Shown in pieces: positions 8,195 to 15,887 of a stretch of 37,609 nucleotides of DNA; within the stretch, counting starts at the first letter, position 1, and every line of letters begins with the position of its first letter. Below the pieces are notes generated by a model, which had not been told where the DNA came from, did not search any database, and saw only the letters and a program-made list of their open reading frames with translations. Both the position numbers and the translations under genes were made by a program. The DNA is taken from the NCBI GenBank assembly GCA_045602125.1, contig JAZSBA010000005.1, positions 1 through 37,609 on the forward strand. The letters run 5' to 3'. This DNA is from Christensenellaceae bacterium. GTDB taxonomy: Bacteria; Bacillota; Clostridia; Christensenellales; Borkfalkiaceae.

Positions 8195-8222
8195 ATTATA
8201 CCATATTTTTGTATAATTTCAA
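8195..8222 (-). promoter_or_regulatory. sigma-A promoter for hup (extended -10)
   Basis: The minus strand reads TTGAAA (8222-8217), a 16-nt spacer, then TGGTATAAT (-10 at 8200-8195). An inverted repeat ATATGGTA/TACCATAT (8185-8192 / 8199-8206) overlaps the -10. Confidence 0.65.
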
Positions 8223-8258
8223 GACCTTTTTTAAAAAAAGTAAATAAACCGTTTAGGA

Positions 8259-8287
8259 TTGACAAAAGTTATTAAGTTTATTAAAAT
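8259..8287 (+). promoter_or_regulatory. sigma-A promoter for the 8306 gene
   Basis: TTGACA (8259-8264), a 17-nt spacer, then TAAAAT (8282-8287). Confidence 0.65.
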
Positions 8288-8305
8288 ATATAGCGGAGAA
8301 TATAA

Positions 8306-9532
8306 ATGGAAAATTTCTTTAACGTAAAAAACGAAATAGAGCGCGTAAGCGGAATAGCGCCGTTTATAAGCGATATATTTTTAGGTGACGTAAACGACGG
8401 GTTAGACGGCGTTTGCAAGAGTTTTGCGTTAAAAAAAGTTGAACTCGTGATAACCGAGAGTGAATATAACGGCGTGGGAAATTCCATTTTTAAAAAATTA
8501 AAATCTTTAAGCGAAGAAGTTAAACTTTTAATCGTTAATGATAGCGATATTTATTTTAGCTCCATTAAAACTAGCCTTGATAAAAGCTCGGATATGGTTA
8601 TAGCGGTGGGGGATAGTTATCTCCTTTTTGCAGTTAGATATTTTGCGTCTTTACGCAAAATCCCCGCTTTAGCTATCGTTACGTCGCCTAACTTTGATAA
8701 AGTTTTAAGCGATAGCGTATGGCTTAAAACGAAAGTTTTTTCTTCTAAAATAAAAGCGGAAAAGTTTAAAAAGATTATAATCGACCAAAATCTAATATCA
8801 AAATCATCAAGGCAAAATTTTGCCAAGGCGTTTATTTTTTCGGCGTCAAGGTTAACTTCGCTTATCGACTATAAGATAAATTGCTTTACAAGTGGCGAAG
8901 AAATCGACGGTTGGATATTTGAAATTGTTAAAAAAGCCGTTAACTTTGCTTTATCCGCTCCAAGATATCAAAATTTTACCGCGCCGATAATCGCGTCGCA
9001 ACTATTAATTGCTATAATCAACGAAAAATCATCCGCTATTATCGAGAGTGGAGTGGATTGCTTGAAAACGTCCCTTTCAGTTTTTGCTAGTAATTTATCC
9101 GAGCCCAAAATTCAAATGATTGCGTTTGAAAAGACGGCGAGAATTTATCATATGTTTTTCTCAAACGACTTTTCTTCTCTTTTATCCGTTCCCGATTATT
9201 ACGGGGATATCGAACTTCTTGAAAAAGAGAGCGGGCGAGATAGAAAAATCTTTATGAAAAACCTTAAAATTCCGAGCGAAAGGCGAAGAAATCTTATAAA
9301 TCTTTTAATTTCTCAAACAACCCCCGATTTTAAGGCGGAAACGACTATGATTTTAAAGGCGTTTTCCAAAATTAGAAAGATTTACGACGCAATTAAAGGA
9401 AACGGAGAGCTCGAAGAAGTTGTATCTTATAAAAAAATTAAAAATTCAGTCGTTACTTGCAGTTATTTTTCAAATAAAACGTCCGTTTTCACACTTGCAA
9501 GAGATATGGGGATATTAAAATGTATAAATTAG
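8306..9532 (+). CDS. hypothetical protein weakly resembling the DHQS-like / iron-ADH / glycerol-1-phosphate dehydrogenase fold, with a degenerate glycine loop
   Basis: 408 aa with a GGAGA RBS. The segment MVIAVGDSYLLFAVRYFASLRKIPALAIVTSPNFD parallels the GGGS..D..K / ..PTTA.. core of that superfamily, but the glycines are replaced. The CDS is confident; the function is not. Confidence 0.45.
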   Translation: MENFFNVKNEIERVSGIAPFISDIFLGDVNDGLDGVCKSFALKKVELVITESEYNGVGNSIFKKLKSLSEEVKLLIVNDSDIYFSSIKTSLDKSSDMVIAVGDSYLLFAVRYFASLRKIPALAIVTSPNFDKVLSDSVWLKTKVFSSKIKAEKFKKIIIDQNLISKSSRQNFAKAFIFSASRLTSLIDYKINCFTSGEEIDGWIFEIVKKAVNFALSAPRYQNFTAPIIASQLLIAIINEKSSAIIESGVDCLKTSLSVFASNLSEPKIQMIAFEKTARIYHMFFSNDFSSLLSVPDYYGDIELLEKESGRDRKIFMKNLKIPSERRRNLINLLISQTTPDFKAETTMILKAFSKIRKIYDAIKGNGELEEVVSYKKIKNSVVTCSYFSNKTSVFTLARDMGILKCIN

Positions 9533-10332
9533 ATAAAAATTTAAAAGAAGCGCTTTCAAAAATCAAATATTTTTTACTTGACCTTGACGGTACTTTATAT
9601 TTAGAAGGAAAGCCTATCGGCGATATGGCAAACACTCTTGATTATTTAAGGTCAAAAGGCAAAAAGCTCGTTTACCTTACTAATAACTCGTCAAGAAGTA
9701 CCGACGTTTACGTTGAAAGGCTTAAAAACATCGGTTTTTATAAGGAAGGAGATTTGGTTTACTCTTCTGGGCTAGCTACCGTTGAATATTTAAACCGTTA
9801 TCACAAGGGTAAAAAGGTGTACCTTTTAGGAACTGACGCTATGAAAAAGGAAATGGCTGATAACGGCATAAACTTAACGGAAAAAGTTGACGCCGATATT
9901 GCAGTTATGTCTTACGATACCGAACTTACCTATGAAAAGTTATGCAACTTTTTAAGAAACGTTCACTTTGGCGCAACTTATATTGCAACTCATCCGGATA
10001 ATAACTGCCCCGCTAAAGACGTTTACGTTCCAGACGTTGGCTCTTATATTAAGATGATAGAAGTGGCGTCGGGTTACGTTCCGTCGTTAATTATCGGAAA
10101 GCCCAACGATATTATGGGTAAAAATTTAAAAGCCCGCTTTAACGAAGATGACGACGAAGCGTTTATTATGGTTGGCGATAGATTATACACCGATATTGCG
10201 TTTGGTAAAAACTGTAACTTTTACGCAATGCTCGTTATGAGTGGCGAAACCACCGAAGATATGATTCCTTCCGCTCCCAAAGCGCCAGATTTTATCTTAT
10301 CTTCTCTAAATGAAGTAATTAATTATTTATAA
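9520..10332 (+). CDS. HAD-IIA family sugar-phosphate phosphatase (NagD/AraL-like)
   Basis: 270 aa with HAD motifs DLDGTLY (I), LTNNS (II), GKP (III) and GDRLYTDI (IV). It overlaps the upstream gene by 13 nt. Confidence 0.85.
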   Translation: MYKLDKNLKEALSKIKYFLLDLDGTLYLEGKPIGDMANTLDYLRSKGKKLVYLTNNSSRSTDVYVERLKNIGFYKEGDLVYSSGLATVEYLNRYHKGKKVYLLGTDAMKKEMADNGINLTEKVDADIAVMSYDTELTYEKLCNFLRNVHFGATYIATHPDNNCPAKDVYVPDVGSYIKMIEVASGYVPSLIIGKPNDIMGKNLKARFNEDDDEAFIMVGDRLYTDIAFGKNCNFYAMLVMSGETTEDMIPSAPKAPDFILSSLNEVINYL

Positions 10333-10361
10333 AAGGTATAAAACTTAAAATCTTAGTCAAT

Positions 10362-10391
10362 AATTCCTACCGTAACGGGTGGGAATTTTTT
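10362..10391 (+). terminator. intrinsic terminator after the HAD gene
   Basis: The imperfect stem AATTCCTACCG / CGGGTGGGAATT is followed by a T-run that ends at the next ATG. Confidence 0.6.
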
Positions 10392-10781
10392 ATGCTCAAA
10401 AATTTATACGCAAGCATTATGCTAATTTTATTTGCTTTATTTTTATCTCCGCTTTGTTTTTTAAAAGGCGAAGTTACGATAAGTGATTTAAATAAATCCG
10501 CAGGGAGTTTTACAACGGCAAATAAAGTGGACGTTTCAAGTTTTATAAATGCGTCGGGCGTGAGTTTTAACTTAACCCAAGGTGAAGTTGACGCTTTAAT
10601 AGAAAATGCGCGCGGTAAAAAAGTTCACTCGTTTTTCGACGGAGAGATTTTAAACGTTTATTATTATTCAAATAAAATTGCGTCAAAAGAAGTTATAAAA
10701 AACAAAAGGGTAAATATTCACGTTGCGATAAAAAAAGAAGAAATAACCGTTGGAATACCGCTTATCTACTATGGATATTAA
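10392..10781 (+). CDS. small secreted protein, possibly YwmB/DUF1779-like
   Basis: 129 aa with an N-terminal signal or TM segment. The C-terminus (VNIHVAIKKEEITVGIPLIYYGY) recalls the YwmB family tail. This assignment is tentative. Confidence 0.4.
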   Translation: MLKNLYASIMLILFALFLSPLCFLKGEVTISDLNKSAGSFTTANKVDVSSFINASGVSFNLTQGEVDALIENARGKKVHSFFDGEILNVYYYSNKIASKEVIKNKRVNIHVAIKKEEITVGIPLIYYGY

Positions 10782-10803
10782 TACATAAATTCGGAGGTTA
10801 ATT

Positions 10804-11508
10804 ATGTCAAAAAATACAAAATTTAGCGATTTTATCAAGAAAAACGCATATTACTTGGCGTTCGTTTTGTGCCTTTCAGTTTTAGTTATTATAACGGTGG
10901 CGTTAATAGTTACCGGCAACCAAAAAACTTTAGACGTTGGCGGAAACAACACTCAAATTGAAGATGAAAACCAAAATCAAGGCGGAAACCAAGAAGGTAA
11001 TGAAAACCAAGGTGGCAACGAAAACGAAGGCGGAGAACAAACTGGCGGAGACCAAACTCAAAAGCCTGAAACTCCAACGCCCACGGTCATTATTTTTGAA
11101 ATGCCCGTTAAGAACTCGGAAATTATCAAAGATTACGTTGGCGCAAGCGTTATTTACAATCAAACGCTCGGCGTATATTCAGGGCATAAAGCAATAGACT
11201 TTTCAGCGCCTGAAGGAACGGAAGTCGTGTGCGCGTACGACGGCGTTATCGAAAGCATTGAAGTTTCAAAAGTCAACGGAACTACGGTTACGGTAAATCA
11301 CGGCAACGGGCTTAAAACGGTATATAATAGCATTGAGGCAAGCGACGTTTTAAACGAAGGCGCAAGCATTTTTAAAGGAGACGTTTTAGGAACTGTTTCA
11401 ACCAATAATAAAACGGAGTATTTAGACGGCGCGCACCTTCACTTTGAAGTGCTTGAAAACGACGTTAAGGTAGATCCTAATAAATATCTTCCGTCTGAAG
11501 GAAAGTAG
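10804..11508 (+). CDS. membrane-anchored M23 (LytM-domain) peptidase with a SpoIIQ-like architecture
   Basis: 234 aa: an N-terminal TM helix, a low-complexity NQGGNQEGNENQGGNENEGGEQTGG linker, and a LytM domain with intact HKAIDF (HxxxD) and HLHFEV (HxH) motifs. A GGAGG RBS is present. Confidence 0.85.
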   Translation: MSKNTKFSDFIKKNAYYLAFVLCLSVLVIITVALIVTGNQKTLDVGGNNTQIEDENQNQGGNQEGNENQGGNENEGGEQTGGDQTQKPETPTPTVIIFEMPVKNSEIIKDYVGASVIYNQTLGVYSGHKAIDFSAPEGTEVVCAYDGVIESIEVSKVNGTTVTVNHGNGLKTVYNSIEASDVLNEGASIFKGDVLGTVSTNNKTEYLDGAHLHFEVLENDVKVDPNKYLPSEGK

Positions 11509-11515
11509 AATATAT

Positions 11516-11552
11516 AAAAACCCTTGGAAATATAATATTTCGAGGGTTTTTT
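11516..11552 (+). terminator. intrinsic terminator after the M23 peptidase gene
   Basis: AAAAA is followed by the long imperfect hairpin CCCTTGGAAATAT-A-ATATTTCGAGGG and then TTTTTT. Confidence 0.7.
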
Positions 11553-11554
11553 AA

Positions 11555-13006
11555 GTGAAAAGATTATTAATTTTTATATGCGTTTTATCAATTTTTCCGT
11601 TTTTTATTTCTTGCAAGCAAGAAACGGGCGAACTTTCTAGTTATTCTATCGGAATAACTTTAAATGAAGATATGACGCTTGATTGTCAAATGACTTATCA
11701 ATTTTTTAACGATTATAAAGACGATTTATCTCGTTTAGAGTTTAACCTATATCCTAACGCCTACCGAGAAGACGCAAGCGTTTCGCCCGTGTTTGAAAGC
11801 GATTTTAAAGCGTGCTATCCCAACGGTTTTTCCGAAGGAAAAATTGAAATTTTATCAATTAAAAATTTAGGAAAAGACGTAAATTTTGAAATATCCGGAG
11901 AAAACTTTCAAACGCTTAAAGTGTGGCTTAATAAAAGCCTTAATTTAAACGAAAAAACCGAAGTTTATTTTAAGTTTAAAGTAACTCTTCCAAACGCAAA
12001 ACACAGGCTAGGTTATTCGGAAAACACAGTTAATTTATCTTGGTTTTATCCGATAGCGTGCGTATATGATGACGGCGAGTTTTATAATAACGTTTACTAT
12101 CCGTCGGGCGATCCTTTTTATAGCGAGTGCGCCGATTATCAAGTGAAACTCAACGTTCCGTCGAGCTACGTAGTTGCGTCTTCTTTATCTTTTGACAAAA
12201 CGGAGTGGAGCGCTGGAAACACCGAATATACTTTAAGTGGTAGTAGCGTTAGAGATATAGCGTTTTTTCTTTCAAAAAACTATAACGTTTTGAAAAAGCA
12301 AGCGGGAAAAACTCAAGTAACTTACTATTATTACAACGATAAATCTCCCGAAAAAACGCTTGAAACTGCGTGCAACTCTCTTAACTATTTTAGTAGCCTT
12401 TACGGTGAATATCCGTATAGCGACTATTCCGTTTGTCAAGGAGATTTTATCTACGGTGGTATGGAATACTCTGGGCTTTCATTAATATCGGATAGCGCGG
12501 GTAGTTTTATCGATTACACCGTCGCTCACGAAACCGCTCATCAATGGTTTCACGGAGTGCTTGGCTTTAACGAGAGTGAAATAGGCTTTTTAGACGAAGG
12601 TTTAGCCGAGTTTTCAACCGCCAAATTTATGGGGGAATTTAAAATTGAAAACGTGGGGTATAAAGATTATATAATGGACGCTAAAAAGTCGTACTTAGCG
12701 CTTAAAAATTCGCTCGATAGTTTGGGAATTGAAACCAAACCTATAATGAATAGAAACTTAAAAGATTTTAAATCAAACGCCGAGTACGTTATGATAGCGT
12801 ATAATCGCTCGGAGATTATGATTGATAGTTTATATGATTTTATGGGAGAGAAAAAGTTTTTTAAAACCTTGAAAAGTTTTGTAAAAGAATATTCTTTTAA
12901 AAACGTAAAGTTAAACGACTTTTTAACCTTTTTTGAAAAGAAAAAGAAAGGGGCAAAGGAACTTTTAACTAAATTTATACTAGGAGAGCGCGAAATTACC
13001 CTATAA
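11555..13006 (+). CDS. M1-family-like zinc metallopeptidase lipoprotein
   Basis: 483 aa with a GTG start and a signal peptide with lipobox (FFISC). It carries the gluzincin motif HETAH-x18-E (VAHETAHQWFHG...LDEGLAEF). Confidence 0.8.
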   Translation: MKRLLIFICVLSIFPFFISCKQETGELSSYSIGITLNEDMTLDCQMTYQFFNDYKDDLSRLEFNLYPNAYREDASVSPVFESDFKACYPNGFSEGKIEILSIKNLGKDVNFEISGENFQTLKVWLNKSLNLNEKTEVYFKFKVTLPNAKHRLGYSENTVNLSWFYPIACVYDDGEFYNNVYYPSGDPFYSECADYQVKLNVPSSYVVASSLSFDKTEWSAGNTEYTLSGSSVRDIAFFLSKNYNVLKKQAGKTQVTYYYYNDKSPEKTLETACNSLNYFSSLYGEYPYSDYSVCQGDFIYGGMEYSGLSLISDSAGSFIDYTVAHETAHQWFHGVLGFNESEIGFLDEGLAEFSTAKFMGEFKIENVGYKDYIMDAKKSYLALKNSLDSLGIETKPIMNRNLKDFKSNAEYVMIAYNRSEIMIDSLYDFMGEKKFFKTLKSFVKEYSFKNVKLNDFLTFFEKKKKGAKELLTKFILGEREITL

Positions 13007-13019
13007 TTAGCTAATTATA
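13002..13019. repeat. 18-bp perfect palindrome TATAATTAGCTAATTATA overlapping the peptidase stop codon
   Basis: Read directly from the sequence. It lies 23 nt upstream of the -35 of the next promoter. Confidence 0.9.
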
Positions 13020-13042
13020 CTAAAATATAAATTATAAAAACA

Positions 13043-13072
13043 TTGACAAAATGCTAAGTTTAGTGTTAAAAT
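13043..13072 (+). promoter_or_regulatory. sigma-A promoter (extended -10) for the LRR lipoprotein gene
   Basis: TTGACA (13043-13048), an 18-nt spacer, then TGTTAAAAT (-10 at 13067-13072). Confidence 0.65.
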
Positions 13073-13117
13073 GGTAAAGTATAAAGTATAATAGGTAACT
13101 TTTAAGGAGTTTACGAT

Positions 13118-14317
13118 ATGTCAAAGTTTTTAAAAACGTTAACAACGATATTGCTCGCGCTTACTATTTCCGTATTTTTCGTTGCTTGTGACGATAACGG
13201 CTCGGACGGTGGCGAAGAGGTAACTACGGGTGAATTCGTTTACGAAATTGAAACCGGCACTCGCGATATAGAGGACGGTGAAGAAGAATACGACTACTAT
13301 AAGATTACGGGTTACACCGTTAATAGTGAAGACGCGCTTAAAATGGCTCGCGGTGATTTCTCTTCAGTAACTGATAAAATGAGAAATCTCGTTATTCCTA
13401 ACGAATACGAAGGTTTACCCGTTGAAGAAATTGAAGCAACTGCTTTTGCGGATATGCCAATTATAAAGAGCGTAACTTTTGACGCTAACACCAATATTAA
13501 GACTATTGGTTTAGGCGCTTTCTCAGGTTGCTACTGTTTAGAAGAAATTATCAATCTTCCTTTCATCGGCAAGAGCGCTGACGCAACTGGTGCAGAAAGA
13601 GTTCTCGGTCACTTATTCGGTTCTTCAACTACTACTGAAAGCGGTATTACTGAAGTTTCCGCTAAAGTTTACGATGAAGCTACTGATGCGTCAACTACTT
13701 TCAAAGTTCCAACTGCTCTTTCAAAAGTAACCGTTCTTGGCGATAAGGTTACAGAGTGCGCGTTCTACGGCTTTACGATGCTTGAAGAAGTTGAAGTTTT
13801 AAGCGCAACTGAAATTGGAAAGAGCGCATTTAACGGTTGCACTAAGTTAACTAAGATTGCTCTTCCTAAGGTTGAGAAAATTTACGATAACGCGTTCAGC
13901 GGTTGTACTGCTCTTCAAAAAGTTGATTTTACTGGAAATTCAGTTTTAACTTACGTTGGTGACGGTGCGTTCTCGGGTTGTTCTTATCTTGGTTATCACT
14001 ACGTTTCTGATAGAGAAGCAGACTTAATCGTTAAACTTCCTGAAAGCGTTAAATATATTGGCGCAAACGCATTTAAAGATTGCGTAAACCTTAAATATAT
14101 TGAACTCGGTAAAGGCGAATCTGCGGTAACCGTATTAAGAACGGGTGCTTTCGCAGGTTGTACTGAACTTAAAAAAGTTTACACAAAGAGCGTTATTGAA
14201 TTTATGACGTCATCACTTGAAGGTTTAAAGAGAGAAGATATTACTTTCTATCTTAACGGTAGTGAAATCGATCTTATTATTGACAAATTAGCGTTTGGCG
14301 AATTTGACTTTGAATAA
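13118..14317 (+). CDS. BspA-type leucine-rich-repeat lipoprotein
   Basis: 399 aa with a lipobox (FFVAC). Units of the form AFxGCtxLxxI/V recur (AFSGCYCLEEI, AFNGCTKLTKI, AFSGCTALQKV, AFKDCVNLKYI, AFAGCTELKKV). An AAGGAG RBS is present. Confidence 0.8.
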   Translation: MSKFLKTLTTILLALTISVFFVACDDNGSDGGEEVTTGEFVYEIETGTRDIEDGEEEYDYYKITGYTVNSEDALKMARGDFSSVTDKMRNLVIPNEYEGLPVEEIEATAFADMPIIKSVTFDANTNIKTIGLGAFSGCYCLEEIINLPFIGKSADATGAERVLGHLFGSSTTTESGITEVSAKVYDEATDASTTFKVPTALSKVTVLGDKVTECAFYGFTMLEEVEVLSATEIGKSAFNGCTKLTKIALPKVEKIYDNAFSGCTALQKVDFTGNSVLTYVGDGAFSGCSYLGYHYVSDREADLIVKLPESVKYIGANAFKDCVNLKYIELGKGESAVTVLRTGAFAGCTELKKVYTKSVIEFMTSSLEGLKREDITFYLNGSEIDLIIDKLAFGEFDFE

Positions 14318-14329
14318 TATTAACAATTT

Positions 14330-14365
14330 AAAATGACTTTGCAGATTTGCAAAGTCATTTTTTTA
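14330..14365. terminator. bidirectional intrinsic terminator between convergent genes
   Basis: Stem ATGACTTTGCA (14333-14343), loop GATT, stem TGCAAAGTCAT (14348-14358), flanked by A and T runs. Confidence 0.85.
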
Positions 14366-14974
14366 TTCTTGCGGTTTAGTTTTTATTACTTTTATTATAA
14401 ATATTAGTAGCATTATTATTGCAATTATAACGAGCGCTCCGATAATTATATCAACGTAGTCGGCAAACAAGAAGGTTATAAAAGTGATTATTGAGCCTGC
14501 AACTAGATTGCCTAAAACTATCGGTAAAAAACTATCTCTAAATTTCATATTCAAAAATACTGCGATTGCAGTTCCCGTCCAAACCCCGGTAACCGGGAAA
14601 GGCACGGCAACGAATATGAACAAGCCCCAAATTAAAATTTTTCTAACCTTATCTTCGGGCGCTCCGTCGCTCTTTTTAGCAAGGTCTTGAGCCTTTTTTT
14701 CAAACACCGCCTCAATTTTTTCAACGAGTTTTTTAATAAACTTAATCTTTTTAAGCAAATTGAATATCGGTATTAATAAAAAGAACACGGGAATTACTAT
14801 GAGAGAAGAGCCTGCATAGGCAAGTAACGCCGATTGCAGTAGCGGTAAGTTAAGCCCCGTTCCTATAGGGATTGCTCCTTTTAGTTCAATGAGTGGGAAC
14901 ATTGATACAAGCAAAGTTATTAAATTTGAATTATCGGTTATGCCCGATAGGAATTCAAGTAAAAATTCTCCCAT
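14363..14974 (-). CDS. small multidrug-export-like membrane protein (COG2426 / Sm_multidrug_ex-like)
   Basis: 203 aa polytopic membrane protein. The N-terminal LIELKGAIPIG motif is typical of that family. Confidence 0.5.
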   Translation of the reverse strand: MGEFLLEFLSGITDNSNLITLLVSMFPLIELKGAIPIGTGLNLPLLQSALLAYAGSSLIVIPVFFLLIPIFNLLKKIKFIKKLVEKIEAVFEKKAQDLAKKSDGAPEDKVRKILIWGLFIFVAVPFPVTGVWTGTAIAVFLNMKFRDSFLPIVLGNLVAGSIITFITFLFADYVDIIIGALVIIAIIMLLIFIIKVIKTKPQE

Positions 14975-14990
14975 AAAATACCTAAAACGA

Positions 14991-15019
14991 TTGATTTTAA
15001 TCTTAATTTATTTTATCAT
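14991..15019 (+). promoter_or_regulatory. sigma-A promoter for the PP-loop ATPase gene
   Basis: TTGATT (14991-14996), a 17-nt spacer, then TATCAT (15014-15019). Confidence 0.55.
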
Positions 15020-15048
15020 ATTTGTATAAATATTGCAAGGATAAAAAT

Positions 15049-15774
15049 ATGGTAACGCTTCAACAACTAATGTCGCCGGTAAGAAGAGCGGTTGACGATT
15101 TTAAAATGATAAATAGCGGGGATAAACTAGCGGTAGGTCTATCGGGCGGTAAAGATAGCATCGCTATGCTCTCGGCGCTTGCTGGGCTTAGAAGGTTTTA
15201 TCCTAATCCTTTCGAAATCGTTGCCGTTAGAATTGACACGGGCATCGGTTACGACGAAAACGAAGAGCGCGCTTTAAAAGAATACGTTGAAAGTTTAAAC
15301 GTTACTTATCACGTTGAAAAAACTGAAATTTATCAAGTGGTGTTTGAAGAGAGAAAGGAAAAAAATCCTTGTTCACTCTGCGCTAATATGCGCCGTGGCG
15401 CGCTTAATCAAACGGCTAAAAACTTAGGGTGTAATAAAGTTTGTTTAGGTCATCACGCGGACGACTTGATTGAAACTTTCTTTCTATCAATGATATACGA
15501 AGGCAGGCTTTCAACCTTCCACCCGATAACTTATCTATCTAAGGCGGATATATCCGTTATTCGCCCTATGATTTACGTTAAAGAGCATATGATAAAATCT
15601 TTTTGTAAGGATAAACCTATCTTGAAAAATCCTTGCCCCGTTGATAAATTTACTCAGCGTGAAGAAGTTAAAAAGACGATTGAAGAGTTATCTAAAAAAT
15701 ACCCTTTACTTAAAGACAACATGTTTAACGCGCTCGTTAACGACGATAGGCATAATTTAATTAAAAAGCCTTAA
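15049..15774 (+). CDS. ttcA: PP-loop ATPase, TtcA-family tRNA thiolation enzyme
   Basis: It carries the SGGKDS PP-loop and the CSLCANMRRG motif. I prefer the ATG at 15049 (AAGGA upstream) over the tracked TTG at 15022, which falls just downstream of the predicted -10 hexamer, near the predicted transcription start. Confidence 0.7.
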   Translation: MVTLQQLMSPVRRAVDDFKMINSGDKLAVGLSGGKDSIAMLSALAGLRRFYPNPFEIVAVRIDTGIGYDENEERALKEYVESLNVTYHVEKTEIYQVVFEERKEKNPCSLCANMRRGALNQTAKNLGCNKVCLGHHADDLIETFFLSMIYEGRLSTFHPITYLSKADISVIRPMIYVKEHMIKSFCKDKPILKNPCPVDKFTQREEVKKTIEELSKKYPLLKDNMFNALVNDDRHNLIKKP

Positions 15775-15821
15775 GGGGTAGGGCTTTATCTTAAAATCGA
15801 ATAAATATTGTTCTTAAGCCC

Positions 15822-15850
15822 TTGAAAAAGGCAAATAAAAATGTTAAAAT
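15822..15850 (+). promoter_or_regulatory. sigma-A promoter (extended -10) for the FGGY kinase gene
   Basis: TTGAAA (15822-15827), a 17-nt spacer, then TGTTAAAAT (-10 at 15845-15850). Confidence 0.65.
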
Positions 15851-15887
15851 ATTACTAATCATATTATATATAGAAAAGGAGAATATA

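Noticed and set aside
8185-8206. The inverted repeat ATATGGTA-N6-TACCATAT over the hup -10 could be an autoregulatory operator.
   Set aside because: It is a short AT-rich dyad in AT-rich promoter DNA, and HU is not a sequence-specific binder. I note it under the promoter feature, but it is too weak to call.
15022-15048. The track gives longer N-terminal extensions for several genes: 15022 for ttcA, 15822 for rhaB, 18207 for patatin, 21814 for rplU and 26513 for the lipoprotein.
   Set aside because: The extensions run through predicted promoters, terminators or leaders and lack RBSs. Internal ATGs with strong RBSs give native-looking N-termini (PP-loop protein, [33 protein letters not shown], and a signal peptide with lipobox).
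15775-15821. A hairpin AGGGCTT...AAGCCCT after ttcA could be a terminator.
   Set aside because: The stem is 7 bp with a ~30-nt loop and no U-tail, so it is not convincing as an intrinsic terminator.
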